Notes: generated from the letters alone by a model not told the origin. A stretch of DNA of 56,330 nt from an uncultured Alphaproteobacteria bacterium (GCA_964015995.1 CAXHFH010000001.1:1-56330); one strand, 5' to 3'; counted from the first letter of the stretch, positions 9,327 through 20,587 are shown. A program made the numbers and translations.

Positions 9327-11294
9327 ATGTCACAAAACCAAGTCAACATAACCATGCCCGATGAATCTGTACGAACATACGATTCCGGTGTTACGGGGAT
9401 GGACATCGCCAATGACATTTCCAAATCACTGGCTAAGGCGTCTATTGCGATCAAATTGGATGGTGAATTAAGTGATCTTTCCTTGCCGATAGAACAAGAC
9501 ACATCGATTGAAATCGTTAAGCGTGACCATGACGATGCATTGGAAATGATACGCCATGATGCAGCGCATGTTATGGCAGAGGCAGTGCAGACATTATTTC
9601 CGGGAACTCAGGTTACTATTGGTCCGTCTATTGAAAATGGATTCTATTATGACTTTGCACGAAACGAACCATTTTCTTCGGAAGATTTGCCCGCGATTGA
9701 AAAGCAAATGCGCAAGATTATTGAGCGCGGCGATAAATTTGAGCGTGAGGTATGGGATAGAGATCAGGCCATCAAATATTTCAAAGATAAAGGTGAAATG
9801 TATAAGGCTGAATTAATTGAGGATTTACCTGAGGGGGAGGATATTAAAATCTATCGCCAAGGGGAATGGCTTGATTTATGTCGTGGCCCGCATATGCCGT
9901 CTACACGACAAGTAGGCAATGCCTTTAAGCTTTTGAAGGTTGCTGGAGCGTATTGGCGCGGCGATTCTAATAATGCGATGCTCACTCGTATCTACGGCAC
10001 TGCATGGCGTGATGAAAAGGAGCTCAAAGCGTATCTGCATCAAATCGAAGAGGCGGAAAAGCGTGATCACCGTAAACTCGGACGTGAGATGGAGCTTTTC
10101 CATCTGCAGGAAGAGGCGCAAGGCTCTGTATTTTGGCACCCCAAAGGTTTCACTATTTATAACCAGCTTGAGCGTTACATCCGCCGTCGTCTTGATGCAT
10201 CAGGATATAACGAAGTTAAAACGCCGCAACTGATGCACCAGAAATTCTGGGTACAATCGGGGCATTGGGGTAAATACCGCGAGAATATGTTTGCTGTACC
10301 TGATGTTGTGCCAAATACTGAAGAAGATGGCCCTGTATTTAAGGAGGAGCCAAAAGAGTTTTTGGCAATCAAGCCGATGAATTGCCCTGCCCATGTGCAG
10401 ATATTCAATCAGGGAACGAAGTCGTATCGTGATTTACCTATCAGGCTTGCTGAGTTTGGCTGTTGTCACAGAAACGAAGCGCATGGTGCGCTACACGGCC
10501 TCATGCGTGTGCGTCAGTTCAATGTTGATGATGCGCATATTTTCTGTACAGAGGAGCAGGTCACACAAGAAAGTATAGATTTCTGTAATCTTCTATACGC
10601 TGTTTATTCTGACCTTGGTTTTGACGATGTGAAGGTGATCCTTGCCCTGCGTCCTGATAATCGTGCAGGCACGGATGAAATCTGGGATAAAGCGGAAGAG
10701 GGGCTGCGTCAGGCACTTATCGCGGCAGACATTGAATTTGAAGAAGCGGAAAATGAAGGTGCATTTTACGGCCCTAAAATTGAATATCATGTGCGTGATG
10801 CGATTGGTCGGAGTTGGCAGTGCGGCACGTTGCAGCTTGATTTTGTTTTGCCTGAGCGTTTGGATGCGAATTACATTGGCGCAGATGGTGAGAAGCACCG
10901 CCCCGTTATGCTTCATCGTGCGATTTTAGGCTCACTGGAGCGTTTCCTCGGCATTATGATCGAGAGTTATGGTGGAAAGCTTCCGATGTGGCTTGCGCCG
11001 ACACAATGTGTTGTCGCGACGATTACAGGCAAAGCAGATGATTACGCGATTGAAGTGCATAAACAGCTTGTCGATGCAGGTGTGCGCGCAGAACTTGATA
11101 TCCGCAATGAAAAGATCAATTACAAGGTGCGTGAGCATTCTGTGAAGAAGGTTCCGGCTCTATTTGTTGTTGGCGCGCGCGAAGCGGAAGAAAAGACTGT
11201 GGCGATTAGACGTATGGATTCTAAAGCTCAAGATGTTGTGCCGATGGATCAGGCCATTCAAGACCTAACGCGTGAAGGTCGTCCTCCGTTTTAG
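9327..11294 (+). CDS. thrS: Threonyl-tRNA synthetase
   Basis: 655 aa with an N-terminal TGS-like segment and the HDAAH editing-domain motif. The class II core contains [36 protein letters not shown], followed by a C-terminal anticodon-binding domain. Confidence 0.95.
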   Translation: MSQNQVNITMPDESVRTYDSGVTGMDIANDISKSLAKASIAIKLDGELSDLSLPIEQDTSIEIVKRDHDDALEMIRHDAAHVMAEAVQTLFPGTQVTIGPSIENGFYYDFARNEPFSSEDLPAIEKQMRKIIERGDKFEREVWDRDQAIKYFKDKGEMYKAELIEDLPEGEDIKIYRQGEWLDLCRGPHMPSTRQVGNAFKLLKVAGAYWRGDSNNAMLTRIYGTAWRDEKELKAYLHQIEEAEKRDHRKLGREMELFHLQEEAQGSVFWHPKGFTIYNQLERYIRRRLDASGYNEVKTPQLMHQKFWVQSGHWGKYRENMFAVPDVVPNTEEDGPVFKEEPKEFLAIKPMNCPAHVQIFNQGTKSYRDLPIRLAEFGCCHRNEAHGALHGLMRVRQFNVDDAHIFCTEEQVTQESIDFCNLLYAVYSDLGFDDVKVILALRPDNRAGTDEIWDKAEEGLRQALIAADIEFEEAENEGAFYGPKIEYHVRDAIGRSWQCGTLQLDFVLPERLDANYIGADGEKHRPVMLHRAILGSLERFLGIMIESYGGKLPMWLAPTQCVVATITGKADDYAIEVHKQLVDAGVRAELDIRNEKINYKVREHSVKKVPALFVVGAREAEEKTVAIRRMDSKAQDVVPMDQAIQDLTREGRPPF

Positions 11295-12045
11295 CATTCT
11301 CAACATGATGAAGAACCGTATTCTTATCGCCGAGGTTATCGGTGATTTCTTGGCGTTTTTCTTTTGGTATTTCAACAAAGTCTAAGTCATCGGCTTCACC
11401 GATTGCCTCGATACCAAAAAAGGCAATGGGGGTTTCGGATAGCTCTTTCAATGACAGTTGATAAACTGCGCGTCCACCCATCATGTTTTTGAAAAAACCA
11501 TCAATCTCAACAGCGCGGTGATACGTATCAATCATTTCTTGTTCAGAAATTTCTGCGTTCGCATTACTCATACCGGATGTAAAATCGAGGCGCTCTTGTC
11601 CTAAAGCTAATGCGGATTCTAAGGAAGCCACAGGTGCCGGTTTTTCAAAATCTTCGTGACCTGCAGGATTAAACCGTCTTATGCCAACGATAAGGTGCAT
11701 CATGCGTGCTTGTGAATCTCTGGATGCGTTGAGTCTTTGATTGATGTCACCATTATATGGCTCGCGCAGAAGAGTTTGTTCGACAACACCAGCTAAGGCC
11801 TCACCGCGCGGAGAAGAATTGTGTGCGAGCGCGGTAATATGCATGGCATCATGAAAATCATTGCGCAGTTCAGGGTCTTTAATATCGTTGAGATTATGAA
11901 CACTAATGAAATGTGCAATCGCCTGTCCCATAGTGTAACTCGTATCGACGTCTGCATCTTCGCATGCTTGTTTTGAACGTGCGATATTGGTCACGTTCTC
12001 ACGTAACTGTATGTTCAATTTATCCATGTAACCTAGCTCTGACAT
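11221..12045 (-). CDS. Hypothetical acidic protein (274 aa) with no signal peptide
   Basis: Long ORF with an ATG start and no recognised family motif. Its last 74 nt overlap the 3' end of thrS on the opposite strand. Confidence 0.55.
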   Translation of the reverse strand: MSELGYMDKLNIQLRENVTNIARSKQACEDADVDTSYTMGQAIAHFISVHNLNDIKDPELRNDFHDAMHITALAHNSSPRGEALAGVVEQTLLREPYNGDINQRLNASRDSQARMMHLIVGIRRFNPAGHEDFEKPAPVASLESALALGQERLDFTSGMSNANAEISEQEMIDTYHRAVEIDGFFKNMMGGRAVYQLSLKELSETPIAFFGIEAIGEADDLDFVEIPKEKRQEITDNLGDKNTVLHHVENAKTEDDLHALGLEWPDPSAQHLEL

Positions 12046-12228
12046 TCTTGATTTTTAACATAAAGCAAATTTGGGAGCAATTAATCATTACTCAACTAAA
12101 TAAGGCGTATATTTCTTAGGTAAGGTGAACGGAAAGGCTTGCAGATAAAGGAAAAGCCCCGTATTAATGTTTTTCTAAGCAATTTTGTTTTAATATACTA
12201 TGCTCAACCACAAAAAGGAGAAGCAACA

Positions 12229-12768
12229 ATTTCTAGACCCCAAAGACCAATGCCCAGAAAAGATGCTGGGCCTCGTACAAATTCTAACATTACAGCTCCG
12301 AAAGTTCGTCTTGTAGACGCGGAAGGTGAAATGAAAGGTGTTGTTGATTTAGAGACAGCGCTGGCAATGGCGGAAGAAGAAGGACTAGATCTGGTTGAAT
12401 TATCTCCCAATGCGGAGCCTCCGGTTTGTAAGATTCTCGATTACGGGAAGTATAAATACGAGCAGCAGAAAAAAGCCAACGAAGCACGTAAAAAGCAAAA
12501 AACAGTCGATGTAAAAGAGGTTAAAATGAGCCCGCGCATCGAAAAAAATGACTATGATGTTAAGATGCGTAATGCGACACGATTTTTGGAAAACGGTGAC
12601 AAGGTTAAGGTCTCTATGCGTTTTCGTGGTCGCGAGATGGCGCACCAAGATATCGGCAGAGATCTTTTCAAAAAAATGCAAGAAGAGCTAGATGAATTAG
12701 CAGCCGTTGAATTAGCGCCAAAATTCGAAGGACGTCAGATGATTATGATATTGGCGCCCAGAGCGTAA
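12229..12768 (+). CDS. infC: Translation initiation factor IF-3, probably initiating at ATT
   Basis: The conserved IF-3 sequence is present (...[55 protein letters not shown]...). AAGGAG at 12215-12220 lies 8 nt before the in-frame ATT at 12229. The next ATG (12250) has no SD. The AUU start is the classical infC autoregulatory feature. Confidence 0.85.
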   Translation: MSRPQRPMPRKDAGPRTNSNITAPKVRLVDAEGEMKGVVDLETALAMAEEEGLDLVELSPNAEPPVCKILDYGKYKYEQQKKANEARKKQKTVDVKEVKMSPRIEKNDYDVKMRNATRFLENGDKVKVSMRFRGREMAHQDIGRDLFKKMQEELDELAAVELAPKFEGRQMIMILAPRA

Positions 12769-12792
12769 TATTCATAAAATAATCAGAATTTC

Positions 12793-12826
12793 AAAAAGGA
12801 GCATTCATTTAGGTGCTCCTTTTTTA
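12793..12826 (+). terminator. Rho-independent terminator after infC
   Basis: aaaaaGGAGCattcatttaggtGCTCCtttttt: a stem followed by a T-run, 25 nt after the infC stop. Confidence 0.75.
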
Positions 12827-12925
12827 TGGATTTTGTCTATATAGGCATAGGGCTTGCTTTTTTAGGGATGATACCGTATTTGTAATTCCTCATTTTCAAA
12901 AATTCAAACAAGGTTAAGGAACGTC

Positions 12926-13681
12926 ATGATTGTCGATATTATCGCAGGTATAGTTATGCTCGCATCTGTCATTATTGCGATTTTACGCGGGTTTATACGG
13001 GAAGTTCTGACAATCTTAGGCCTTATCGGTGGTGCCATTGCCGCCTATATCGGGGGGCCGATGTTGGCGCCTGTTGTAAGGGGATGGCTCGGTGTTACTG
13101 AAGGGGATGAGAACCCTGAGGTTCTGCTTGGTGTTATACCATACCCACTTCTGGGCGATATACTTGGTTACGCGATTATCTTTGTTGTTTTTGTCATTTT
13201 GCTGTCTGTCCTTAGTCACTTCCTTGCCGAATCTGTGAAGAGTCTCGGTTTAGGTGCCGTCGACCGTACGCTTGGAATGGTGTTTGGTGTTGTTCGCGGC
13301 GTATTATTCTTGGGTCTGTTGTACCTGCCAGTTTATTATTTGGTTGATAAAGATAAAATGTCTGAGTATCCGTGGTTAGAGAGCAGTAAGAGCCACGTCT
13401 ACCTTGAGGCAACATCGGCGTGGATTGCGACAACGTTTATCCCGACCCCAGAAGGTGGAGAGACAGGCGAAGAGGGCGGTAGCATGGAAGCCATGAATGA
13501 AGCACGTAAAAAGCTGGAAGATTTGAATCTTTTGCAGAAAGATGAAAACGCAAAAGATCAGAGCACGGCGCCTGAAAATAAAGAAGGTTATACTGATGAG
13601 TTTAGAACCAAGATGGATAAACTTATCGAAGATGCAACATCTGGTGATAGTGACGAAAAGAAGTCAGGCTATAACGAGTAA
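12926..13681 (+). CDS. cvpA: CvpA-family membrane protein
   Basis: The N-terminus MIVDIIAGIVMLASVIIAILRGFIREVLTILG and four TM helices are typical of CvpA. It has a long charged C-terminal tail and lies next to purF. Confidence 0.75.
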   Translation: MIVDIIAGIVMLASVIIAILRGFIREVLTILGLIGGAIAAYIGGPMLAPVVRGWLGVTEGDENPEVLLGVIPYPLLGDILGYAIIFVVFVILLSVLSHFLAESVKSLGLGAVDRTLGMVFGVVRGVLFLGLLYLPVYYLVDKDKMSEYPWLESSKSHVYLEATSAWIATTFIPTPEGGETGEEGGSMEAMNEARKKLEDLNLLQKDENAKDQSTAPENKEGYTDEFRTKMDKLIEDATSGDSDEKKSGYNE

Positions 13682-13691
13682 TCTTATAATG

Positions 13692-15215
13692 TTAAGCGTT
13701 GCTGTATAGGTCAACGCATTGGCCTTCACCATTACCATTATTCTGATTTTTGGACGAATCGTTGCGTGCAGTTTCCAGTTTCTTGAAATAGGTCTCGTTG
13801 ATGTCGCCAGTGACATATTTTCCATCAAAGACGGAACAATCAAATGCACGGCTTCCTTCTGCCTCGTCACTTGGGGTCGCCGCTCTGATAAGGTCTTTTA
13901 GGTCTTGGTAAATAAGCCAGTCTGCGCCTATCTCTTCTCTAATTTGCTCTTCGGTTTTTTCGTAGGCAACAAGCTCTGACTTTACCGCCATATCAATGCC
14001 GTAAACATTGGGGTAGCAAATAGGCGGCGCAGCAGAGGCAAAATAAACGTTCTTTGCACCTGCTTCACGTGCCATTTCAATAATTTTACGCGATGTCGTG
14101 CCGCGCACGATTGAATCATCAACAAGCAAAACATTTTTATCCTGAAACTCCAGAGAGATAGGGTTTAGCTTTTGTTTGACTGATTTCTCACGCTCCGCTT
14201 GTCCCGGCATAATAAAGGTACGCCCGACATAGCGGTTTTTAACGAACCCTTCGCGGAATTTTAGTTTCATGCGGTATGCCAGCTCCATTGCACAAGGGCG
14301 GCTCGATTCGGGAATCGGGATGACAACGTCAATATCATGGTCTGGTATTTCACGCATAATTTTATTGGCGAGATATTCGCCCATCCGCACGCGTGCCTTA
14401 TAAACCAAGCTGCCATCTAACATTGAATCAGGGCGTGCAAAATAAACATGCTCAAAGATACATGGTGTGTGCTCGCGTGATCCGTCACAGACCTTACTGT
14501 GTAAGTTTCCTTCATGGTCGATGAAGATAACCTCACCAGGCTTTACATCACGCTCTACCGTGAATCCTAAAGCATCTAAAGCCACGCTTTCTGAGGCGAT
14601 CATATATTCTGTTGCGCCTTCCTCTGATTTTTTTGAACCGTAAATGAGCGGTCGAATGCCGTGTGGATCACGGAATGCAAACATCCCATAGCCTGAAATC
14701 ATGCCAACCACAGCGTATGCCCCGCGGCAACGTTGGTATAGTTTCTCCATTGCAGTGAAGATGTCTTCTGGTTGCGGATTGTGTTTGCCGAGTATCTGAA
14801 GCTCATGCGCAATGATGTTGAGTAAAACCTCAGAGTCGGAATTGGTGTTGACGTGGCGTAAATCCGTTTTGAATAATTCTTTGGCCAGCTCATCCTGATT
14901 TGTCAAATTACCGTTATGTCCTAAAACAATACCGTATGGCGAGTTCACATAGAGCGGCTGTGATTCGGCAGAGCTTGCCGTTCCGGCGGTGGGGTAGCGC
15001 ACATGAGCGATCCCGATATTCCCGCGCAGATGCGTCATGTGATCAACCGTGAATATATCACGTACCATGCCGTTACTTTTGCGTAAGAAGAATTTTCCGT
15101 CATCTTCTGTAACAATACCTGCGGCGTCTTGCCCGCGATGTTGTAATACGGCCAAGGCATCGTAAAGATCTTGATTAACGGGGGATTGGGAGAAAATTCC
15201 GACGATGCCGCACAT
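13692..15215 (-). CDS. purF: Amidophosphoribosyltransferase
   Basis: The start is taken at MCGIVGIF (N-terminal nucleophile Cys). The PRTase motif [13 protein letters not shown] is present. The product is 507 aa. The 27 upstream codons in the ORF track are rejected. Confidence 0.95.
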   Translation of the reverse strand: MCGIVGIFSQSPVNQDLYDALAVLQHRGQDAAGIVTEDDGKFFLRKSNGMVRDIFTVDHMTHLRGNIGIAHVRYPTAGTASSAESQPLYVNSPYGIVLGHNGNLTNQDELAKELFKTDLRHVNTNSDSEVLLNIIAHELQILGKHNPQPEDIFTAMEKLYQRCRGAYAVVGMISGYGMFAFRDPHGIRPLIYGSKKSEEGATEYMIASESVALDALGFTVERDVKPGEVIFIDHEGNLHSKVCDGSREHTPCIFEHVYFARPDSMLDGSLVYKARVRMGEYLANKIMREIPDHDIDVVIPIPESSRPCAMELAYRMKLKFREGFVKNRYVGRTFIMPGQAEREKSVKQKLNPISLEFQDKNVLLVDDSIVRGTTSRKIIEMAREAGAKNVYFASAAPPICYPNVYGIDMAVKSELVAYEKTEEQIREEIGADWLIYQDLKDLIRAATPSDEAEGSRAFDCSVFDGKYVTGDINETYFKKLETARNDSSKNQNNGNGEGQCVDLYSNA

Positions 15216-15328
15216 ATACTCATATCTTTCTTTATGCAAAATGCATGATTGATGTGAGTTCACAAAATATGGGTAAACGGCACTTTTTTCAAGCAAATTA
15301 TAGTCATAGGCTTATCAGGGTTGGGATA

Positions 15329-15360
15329 AAGAAAAAGTGCTGCGTTTCGGCAGCACTTTA
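15329..15360 (-). terminator. Rho-independent terminator after the mscS-family gene
   Basis: On the minus strand: AAAGTGCTGCcgaaacGCAGCACTTTttcttt, lying 28 nt downstream of the stop at 15388. Confidence 0.7.
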
Positions 15361-15387
15361 AATGATTATTTATGCGCAAAATGCGAT

Positions 15388-16221
15388 TTAAGCGGCCTTG
15401 GTTTTTGACGCTGTTTTCGGAGACTTTGATTGGTTAGCAGCATTCTGCGTCATCTCGATTGTACGTGTCGGGAATGGAATTGAAATACCGTCTTTGTCCA
15501 AAGCTTCTTTTACGGTTTTCATCGTATCGATTTTAAGGCCCCAGACATCTGATGTGTTTGACCAGATGCGTAAAGTCACATTCACTGAAAAATCGCCAAG
15601 GCTGGTCACCATGATTTGCGGTTGTTTATCTTTGGTTTGAAGAATGCGCTCTTCTTTTTTGATCGCCTTTTCAATGGTTTTGAAAGCTTTATTGATATCA
15701 TCATCATAGCTTATGCCAAAAATAATATCCTGACGACGCGTTTTGTTACGAGAGAAGTTCTCAATTTCCGTGTTCCATAATTTACTATTGGGCACGAAGA
15801 TATAGACGTTTTCTGTTGTCGAAAGTTCTGTCACAAATAAACCGAGAGATTTGACGGTACCTTTGATAGATCCGCATGTGACAAAGTCACCTACGTTGAA
15901 GGGGCGTAAAATTAAAAGCATAACGCCTGCGGCGACGTTGCTGAGCGTTCCTTGCAGCGCAAGACCGATCGCAAGACCAGCAGCACCAATAACGGTTAGT
16001 AAGCTTGCCGTTTCGACACCAAACTGTGTTAAAACCATAACAAGGGAAACAACCAAAATAGCGTATTTAGCCATTCCGCCTAGGAATGTTTTAAGTGTGT
16101 CATCCAGTTTTTTGATTTTTTGAATTGTGCCTTTGGCCTGATTGCCTAAAACCCAACCAGCAATTAAAATGGCGCCTGCAACTATCACATCCATTGCAAT
16201 GGCCATAAAATCCATATCCAT
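15388..16221 (-). CDS. MscS-family small-conductance mechanosensitive channel
   Basis: The start is taken at MDMDFMAIAMD, with a GGGAGA SD upstream. The protein has three TM helices and the MscS beta-domain signature GDFVTCGSIKGTVKSLGLFVTELSTTENVYIFVPNSKLW. Confidence 0.85.
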   Translation of the reverse strand: MDMDFMAIAMDVIVAGAILIAGWVLGNQAKGTIQKIKKLDDTLKTFLGGMAKYAILVVSLVMVLTQFGVETASLLTVIGAAGLAIGLALQGTLSNVAAGVMLLILRPFNVGDFVTCGSIKGTVKSLGLFVTELSTTENVYIFVPNSKLWNTEIENFSRNKTRRQDIIFGISYDDDINKAFKTIEKAIKKEERILQTKDKQPQIMVTSLGDFSVNVTLRIWSNTSDVWGLKIDTMKTVKEALDKDGISIPFPTRTIEMTQNAANQSKSPKTASKTKAA

Positions 16222-16425
16222 AATATTTCTCCCTTTTTTAATCTTTCTATCGTGCAGATTATTAGACGAATTGCGGGTTTCAGGCAAGGGAAACACCAAA
16301 AATTTCAAAATTCCGGCACAATTAGAACGCAATTTATGCGTATAATAAAGTAAGTGCGAATGGTGATGAAGTGAGCAAGCATATATTAGGTTGAAACTCT
16401 GATTGAAATGCAGGAGTGTACATAG

Positions 16426-16998
16426 ATGTTCACGAAACAAGAATTTAAACAAAACTTACTTGGCTGTTTTGAGATATTCCTATTCATGCCAAAGGGGCTT
16501 GATCGTTTTGATGTCACGCCCGCAAAGGCCATTAAATCTTTTCTTATACCGCTGGCGTTCTTGCCATTGATATTGGCGGTTATTGTTGGTTTGAGCGAGG
16601 AGTTCTCACCTAGTCTGGTGATATTCCTCAATGTTCTTCGTATTACTTTTTCTGCATTGTTGTTTCTGGCGGCAGTCTATTTCCTGACCAAGCAATTTGA
16701 TCGACATGATAAATTCTATAAATTTTTGATGGTTTCCAATTGGCTTAATATCAACGGCCTTATTCTTGCAAGCCCTATATTGATTGGGATGGCCATGGGG
16801 CAAGCTGCAGAAACATTTGAAGTGTACGCTGTGTTCATCGAAATTGTCGGGTATGTCTACAGTGCCTTTGTGATCACACACTGCTTTCGCTTGCCATGGG
16901 AGCTTGGCGGTTTTATTGCCATCGTAGGGCTTGCCATCAATGAAAATTTATTTGAGCTATCAAATTATGCGCGGGATATGCTTGCAGTTGCAGTTTAG
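16426..16998 (+). CDS. Hypothetical polytopic membrane protein (190 aa)
   Basis: About five hydrophobic helices and no recognised motif. Its 3' end overlaps the der stop region by 4 nt (convergent). Confidence 0.5.
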   Translation: MFTKQEFKQNLLGCFEIFLFMPKGLDRFDVTPAKAIKSFLIPLAFLPLILAVIVGLSEEFSPSLVIFLNVLRITFSALLFLAAVYFLTKQFDRHDKFYKFLMVSNWLNINGLILASPILIGMAMGQAAETFEVYAVFIEIVGYVYSAFVITHCFRLPWELGGFIAIVGLAINENLFELSNYARDMLAVAV

Positions 16999-18413
16999 CT
17001 GTTAACGTACGGATTTTTACTTGCTCTGATCATCAGTCTAATCGGTGTGCCTTGAATATCAAAGTCACGGCGCAATCCGTTAATAATATAACGTTTGTAT
17101 GAATCAGGTAGTTCTTTCGGCCGTGAAACCCACAGGGCAAATGTAGGGGGGCGCGTTTTAATCTGTGTCATGTATTTTAAACGATTATGGCGACCTTGCA
17201 CTAACGGTGCAGGGTTTTGGCTTTCCATGCGGTCTAACCACCTGTTTAAGGCACCAGTAGATACACGTTTATTCCATGTTTCGTATGTTTGTAAGGTCTT
17301 GTAGAACAGCTTATCAATGTTCTTACCATTCTTGGCAGATATCGTCGCAAATTGAACGCCTTTGACCTGTGCCAATGAATGCGAGATTTTGTGTTTAATG
17401 TCTTCCAAAAGCTCTGAGCGATCTTTTTTGATGGCATCCCATTTATTGACGGCGATCACCAATGCGCGCCCTTCGTCGATAACATGCTGCGCGATTTGAA
17501 CATCCTGCTTTTCAAGGATCATATTACCATCCATGACCAGAATAACGATCTGTGCGAGTCTAATGGCACGAAAAGAATCTTCGGTCGACATCCGTTCTAT
17601 CTGGTTTACCACTTTCGATTTTCGGCGTAGACCTGCCGTATCAACCAGTGTGAATTTTCGTCCTTCATACGACCAGTCCACGGCTATAGCATCGCGTGTG
17701 ATACCAGCTTCGGGCCCGGTCATCACGCGTTGTTCTTCGACAATTGCGTTCAACAAAGTGGATTTTCCAACATTGGGGCGGCCGACAATCGCAATTTTGA
17801 TCGGCTTTTCCGGATCATCATCTTCTTGCTCAAAGACAAAGTCTTCCAAGCCTTCAATGTCATCGAGATCCGGGAATTGCTCTGCGCCACCGCTATATGT
17901 ATTGTCTTCTGTTTCTTCTTCTGGGAAATATGGGCGCAACGTATCGAATAGATCGTCAAAGCCAACAGCATGCTCGGCCGACATCACAACAGGATCTCCA
18001 AAACCAAGGCCATACGACTCCCCGATACCACTTTGGGCCGTTTTTTGATTCTCACATTTGTTGACAATCAGAATAATCGGTTTCTTTTGTTTGCGAAGAA
18101 ATGCTGCGAAATGTTCATCGGCAGGGGTCACGCCCTCGCGTCCATCAATGATAAATAGAATGGCATCGGCGCGCTCTAAGGCGAATTCAGTTTGTTGGCG
18201 CATACGGCCCTGAATAGATTCATCGAAGGCTTCTTCCAAGCCAGCTGTATCTATAATTGTCAACGCTTGTCCAAAAAGATCGCCTTCTGCCTCACGCCAG
18301 TCGCGGGTAACACCCGGCGTGTCATCGACAATGGCGAGCCTTTTACCTGCCAATTTATTGAACAGAGTAGATTTTCCGACGTTGGGGCGACCTATGATTG
18401 CTACTTTAAGCAT
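16995..18413 (-). CDS. der: Ribosome-associated GTPase Der (EngA)
   Basis: Two tandem G domains are present: GRPNVGKST twice, DTAGL twice, plus NKCE and NKWD. A KH-like C-terminal domain follows. Confidence 0.95.
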   Translation of the reverse strand: MLKVAIIGRPNVGKSTLFNKLAGKRLAIVDDTPGVTRDWREAEGDLFGQALTIIDTAGLEEAFDESIQGRMRQQTEFALERADAILFIIDGREGVTPADEHFAAFLRKQKKPIILIVNKCENQKTAQSGIGESYGLGFGDPVVMSAEHAVGFDDLFDTLRPYFPEEETEDNTYSGGAEQFPDLDDIEGLEDFVFEQEDDDPEKPIKIAIVGRPNVGKSTLLNAIVEEQRVMTGPEAGITRDAIAVDWSYEGRKFTLVDTAGLRRKSKVVNQIERMSTEDSFRAIRLAQIVILVMDGNMILEKQDVQIAQHVIDEGRALVIAVNKWDAIKKDRSELLEDIKHKISHSLAQVKGVQFATISAKNGKNIDKLFYKTLQTYETWNKRVSTGALNRWLDRMESQNPAPLVQGRHNRLKYMTQIKTRPPTFALWVSRPKELPDSYKRYIINGLRRDFDIQGTPIRLMIRASKNPYVNS

Positions 18414-18494
18414 GTTTAATCCTAAAAATCTTTTGTCACAGCCTTCCTAATATTTACAATTGAAGGCGTTTCGCGTGATGATGTATCACAGATT

Positions 18495-19835
18495 TTACTG
18501 ATATGCTATTAAAGTTCCATCATCAGAAAGTAGGTAGAGCTTATTTTTAGAGATTAAAGGAGCGATATGTACGTCCTTTTTGATCTTTGACTGGCGTATT
18601 ATATCCCCATTATGTGGGTTAACTTCAGCCAATATACCATGGGAACTCGCGAGGATAAGGCGGCTTGATGCCAAAACAGGCGCTGTCCATTGAACAGGGT
18701 CTTCTTTATCTTCCTCATCTTCAAAACGTGGAAGTTCCGTAATCCAGAAAATTGCGCCATCCAGTAAACTAAGGCCAATTAACTGGTTGTCTGATGATAA
18801 AACGAACAAATTGTTGCCAACAATCCATGGGGTTTGAGAACCGCCTATATCCCTTTGCCATATGCGTGTGCCTGTGCGCTCATCAATGGCGACAAGTTTA
18901 CCGCCAAAGCTCATGGCTACGACGACACCTTGATCCAGGATTGGCATTGCAGTGATGTCGGACATGCTTTCTAAGCCACCGCCAAAACGGCGTACGTTAG
19001 AGAGATTGTCTGACCATGCAACTGAACCGTTTTCAACGCGTAATGCAGTCACTTCACCTGAAGAAAATACAGGCACAACAATATCTTTATTTGCAGCAGG
19101 GCTTGCGGCGCCAAATAAGCCAGCTGATTCACCTATGCCGCGATATTCCCATAAGCTTGCACCATCTTTTTCATCAAGCGCGACGAGGCGACTATCGATT
19201 GTTGAGATGTAAACACGTCCTGAAAGAATAGTCGGGGCAGCTCTGGATGGGGAAGGTAATGTCTTACGCCACAAGGTCTCACCACTTTCAGGTGATAGCG
19301 CAAGCACTTCGTCATACCCATTGGTTACGAAAAGAACTTTATGTGCAAAAGCGAGGCCGCCACCGATGACCGGGTCATCTTCATCTTTACTCTTAACGCT
19401 GACACTCCATAATTTTTTACCTGTCGTGGCATCCAAAGCAGAGACTTTGTTTTTGGTATTAAGAGTAAAAATTCTGTCGTCTGCGACTACGGGCTGTGCC
19501 GTTAATGGTAATTCATCCGTGCTGCCGCGGCCAATGTTGGTAGACCAAATACGTTGTAATTCATCACCAGATAAGGACAGGTTTTGCATAGAATGGTTCG
19601 GGTATCCACCAGCCTGAGGCCATGCCTTATTTTGCCATGCGGTAGGGAATGCGAATTGTTCACCGACTTGTAATGGCGTGTCTGCCGTCAGACTTTTTTG
19701 AAGTTGCAAGACCGAAATACGATCACCTTCTAATATCCGCTGTTCTTCTTTGCTATCGAATATTCCTGTGACTTTAGAGCATCCTGTTAATGACATTAAG
19801 CACAATACGAAGAGTATCGGTTTGTTTTTAACCAT
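18495..19835 (-). CDS. bamB: BamB-like PQQ-type beta-propeller outer-membrane lipoprotein
   Basis: Lipobox LTGC at the N-terminus and repeated W/G-rich propeller blades. It occupies the conserved position between the yfgM-like gene and der. Confidence 0.7.
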   Translation of the reverse strand: MVKNKPILFVLCLMSLTGCSKVTGIFDSKEEQRILEGDRISVLQLQKSLTADTPLQVGEQFAFPTAWQNKAWPQAGGYPNHSMQNLSLSGDELQRIWSTNIGRGSTDELPLTAQPVVADDRIFTLNTKNKVSALDATTGKKLWSVSVKSKDEDDPVIGGGLAFAHKVLFVTNGYDEVLALSPESGETLWRKTLPSPSRAAPTILSGRVYISTIDSRLVALDEKDGASLWEYRGIGESAGLFGAASPAANKDIVVPVFSSGEVTALRVENGSVAWSDNLSNVRRFGGGLESMSDITAMPILDQGVVVAMSFGGKLVAIDERTGTRIWQRDIGGSQTPWIVGNNLFVLSSDNQLIGLSLLDGAIFWITELPRFEDEEDKEDPVQWTAPVLASSRLILASSHGILAEVNPHNGDIIRQSKIKKDVHIAPLISKNKLYLLSDDGTLIAYQ

Positions 19836-19871
19836 CCTGGTTTCCTTATCTTTTGGCGTGTTTTTAAGATA

Positions 19872-20522
19872 TTATTTTTTTGAACTTTCTTTGGCAGCGT
19901 AAAGAATATCTAGAGACTTAGCCTTTTGTTTTAGGCTCTCTGCCGCCATAGATGTATCAAGAATGACTTTAAGATTTTGACGTGCCGCGATGTAGTTTTG
20001 CGCTTTGTTTGCTTCAAGAACGGCCAATTCAAAATGCGCGTGAAAGCGCCATGGGTTATTTTGATCCGTAGTTAGGGACTTATAACGGGTTCGTTTTTGA
20101 TCCATCGTTAAATCCTGATCAAGATTGGTCACCATGTATTTTGCAACGTAGGCTGCTAAAGGATCGATGTTGTTATCGGCTTCAATTTTTTTGTAAATTT
20201 CCAATGCCTTCGTGCGGTCGTCTTGTTCCATGGCCATGCCGGCTGCATGAAGTTCTGCAAGGCTACGCAGATTGTCTTGTAGTTCAGGTGCAACAGCCAT
20301 GATTTCTGCAGGGGACTTTTTATTCTTTTGGGTCGCATCGAGGTACAGATTGGTTTGTTTGATATTCTGCGCATCTTTCCATGCCTTGTACCCCTCAACT
20401 GAGGCTGTTCCCAGTATAATCATGGCGATAAAACCAATTAAAAAACCGCCGTATTTTTGCCAGAGCTTTTCAATACGCTCTTGCTTCATGGCTTCATCGA
20501 CTTCGATCACAAGATCCGACAT
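19872..20522 (-). CDS. YfgM-like membrane-anchored TPR protein
   Basis: N-terminal TM anchor (GGFLIGFIAMIILGTASV) followed by a helical repeat region. It occupies the yfgM position upstream of bamB-der. Confidence 0.6.
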   Translation of the reverse strand: MSDLVIEVDEAMKQERIEKLWQKYGGFLIGFIAMIILGTASVEGYKAWKDAQNIKQTNLYLDATQKNKKSPAEIMAVAPELQDNLRSLAELHAAGMAMEQDDRTKALEIYKKIEADNNIDPLAAYVAKYMVTNLDQDLTMDQKRTRYKSLTTDQNNPWRFHAHFELAVLEANKAQNYIAARQNLKVILDTSMAAESLKQKAKSLDILYAAKESSKK

Positions 20523-20587
20523 GCTGTTTCGTCCTTCTTAAAAAAATATGCGTCTATTGTAATCAAAAATTTCGTTGATGCTAGGGC

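Noticed and set aside
11800-11920. Possible HD-domain signature (H...HD) in the 274-aa orphan ([11 protein letters not shown]...NDFHDAMHI).
   Set aside because: Only the His and His-Asp pair can be seen. The spacing and the downstream conserved His and Asp residues could not be recognised, so this is not enough for a call.
12139-12228. TTG-initiated 30-codon N-terminal extension of infC given in the ORF track.
   Set aside because: The extension ([30 protein letters not shown]) does not resemble IF-3. The SD AAGGAG sits inside it, correctly spaced for the ATT at 12229.
12926-15215. cvpA and purF are convergent here (10-nt gap) rather than forming the co-oriented cvpA-purF operon I remember from E. 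coli.
   Set aside because: I cannot establish from memory what the ancestral orientation is in this lineage. It is probably an ordinary local inversion and not worth a finding.
16222-16452. Long 5' extension of the mscS-family ORF. Similar extensions occur at purF (15216-15296), the thioredoxin-like gene (21140-21283), the STAS gene (9069-9134), thyA (50599-50664), hflK (46769-46834) and the HlyD gene (7188-7274).
   Set aside because: In each case an internal ATG gives the canonical family N-terminus. This ATG is often preceded by an SD, or it overlaps the upstream stop. The extension peptides look non-coding (rich in His, Cys and Phe, or of low complexity).
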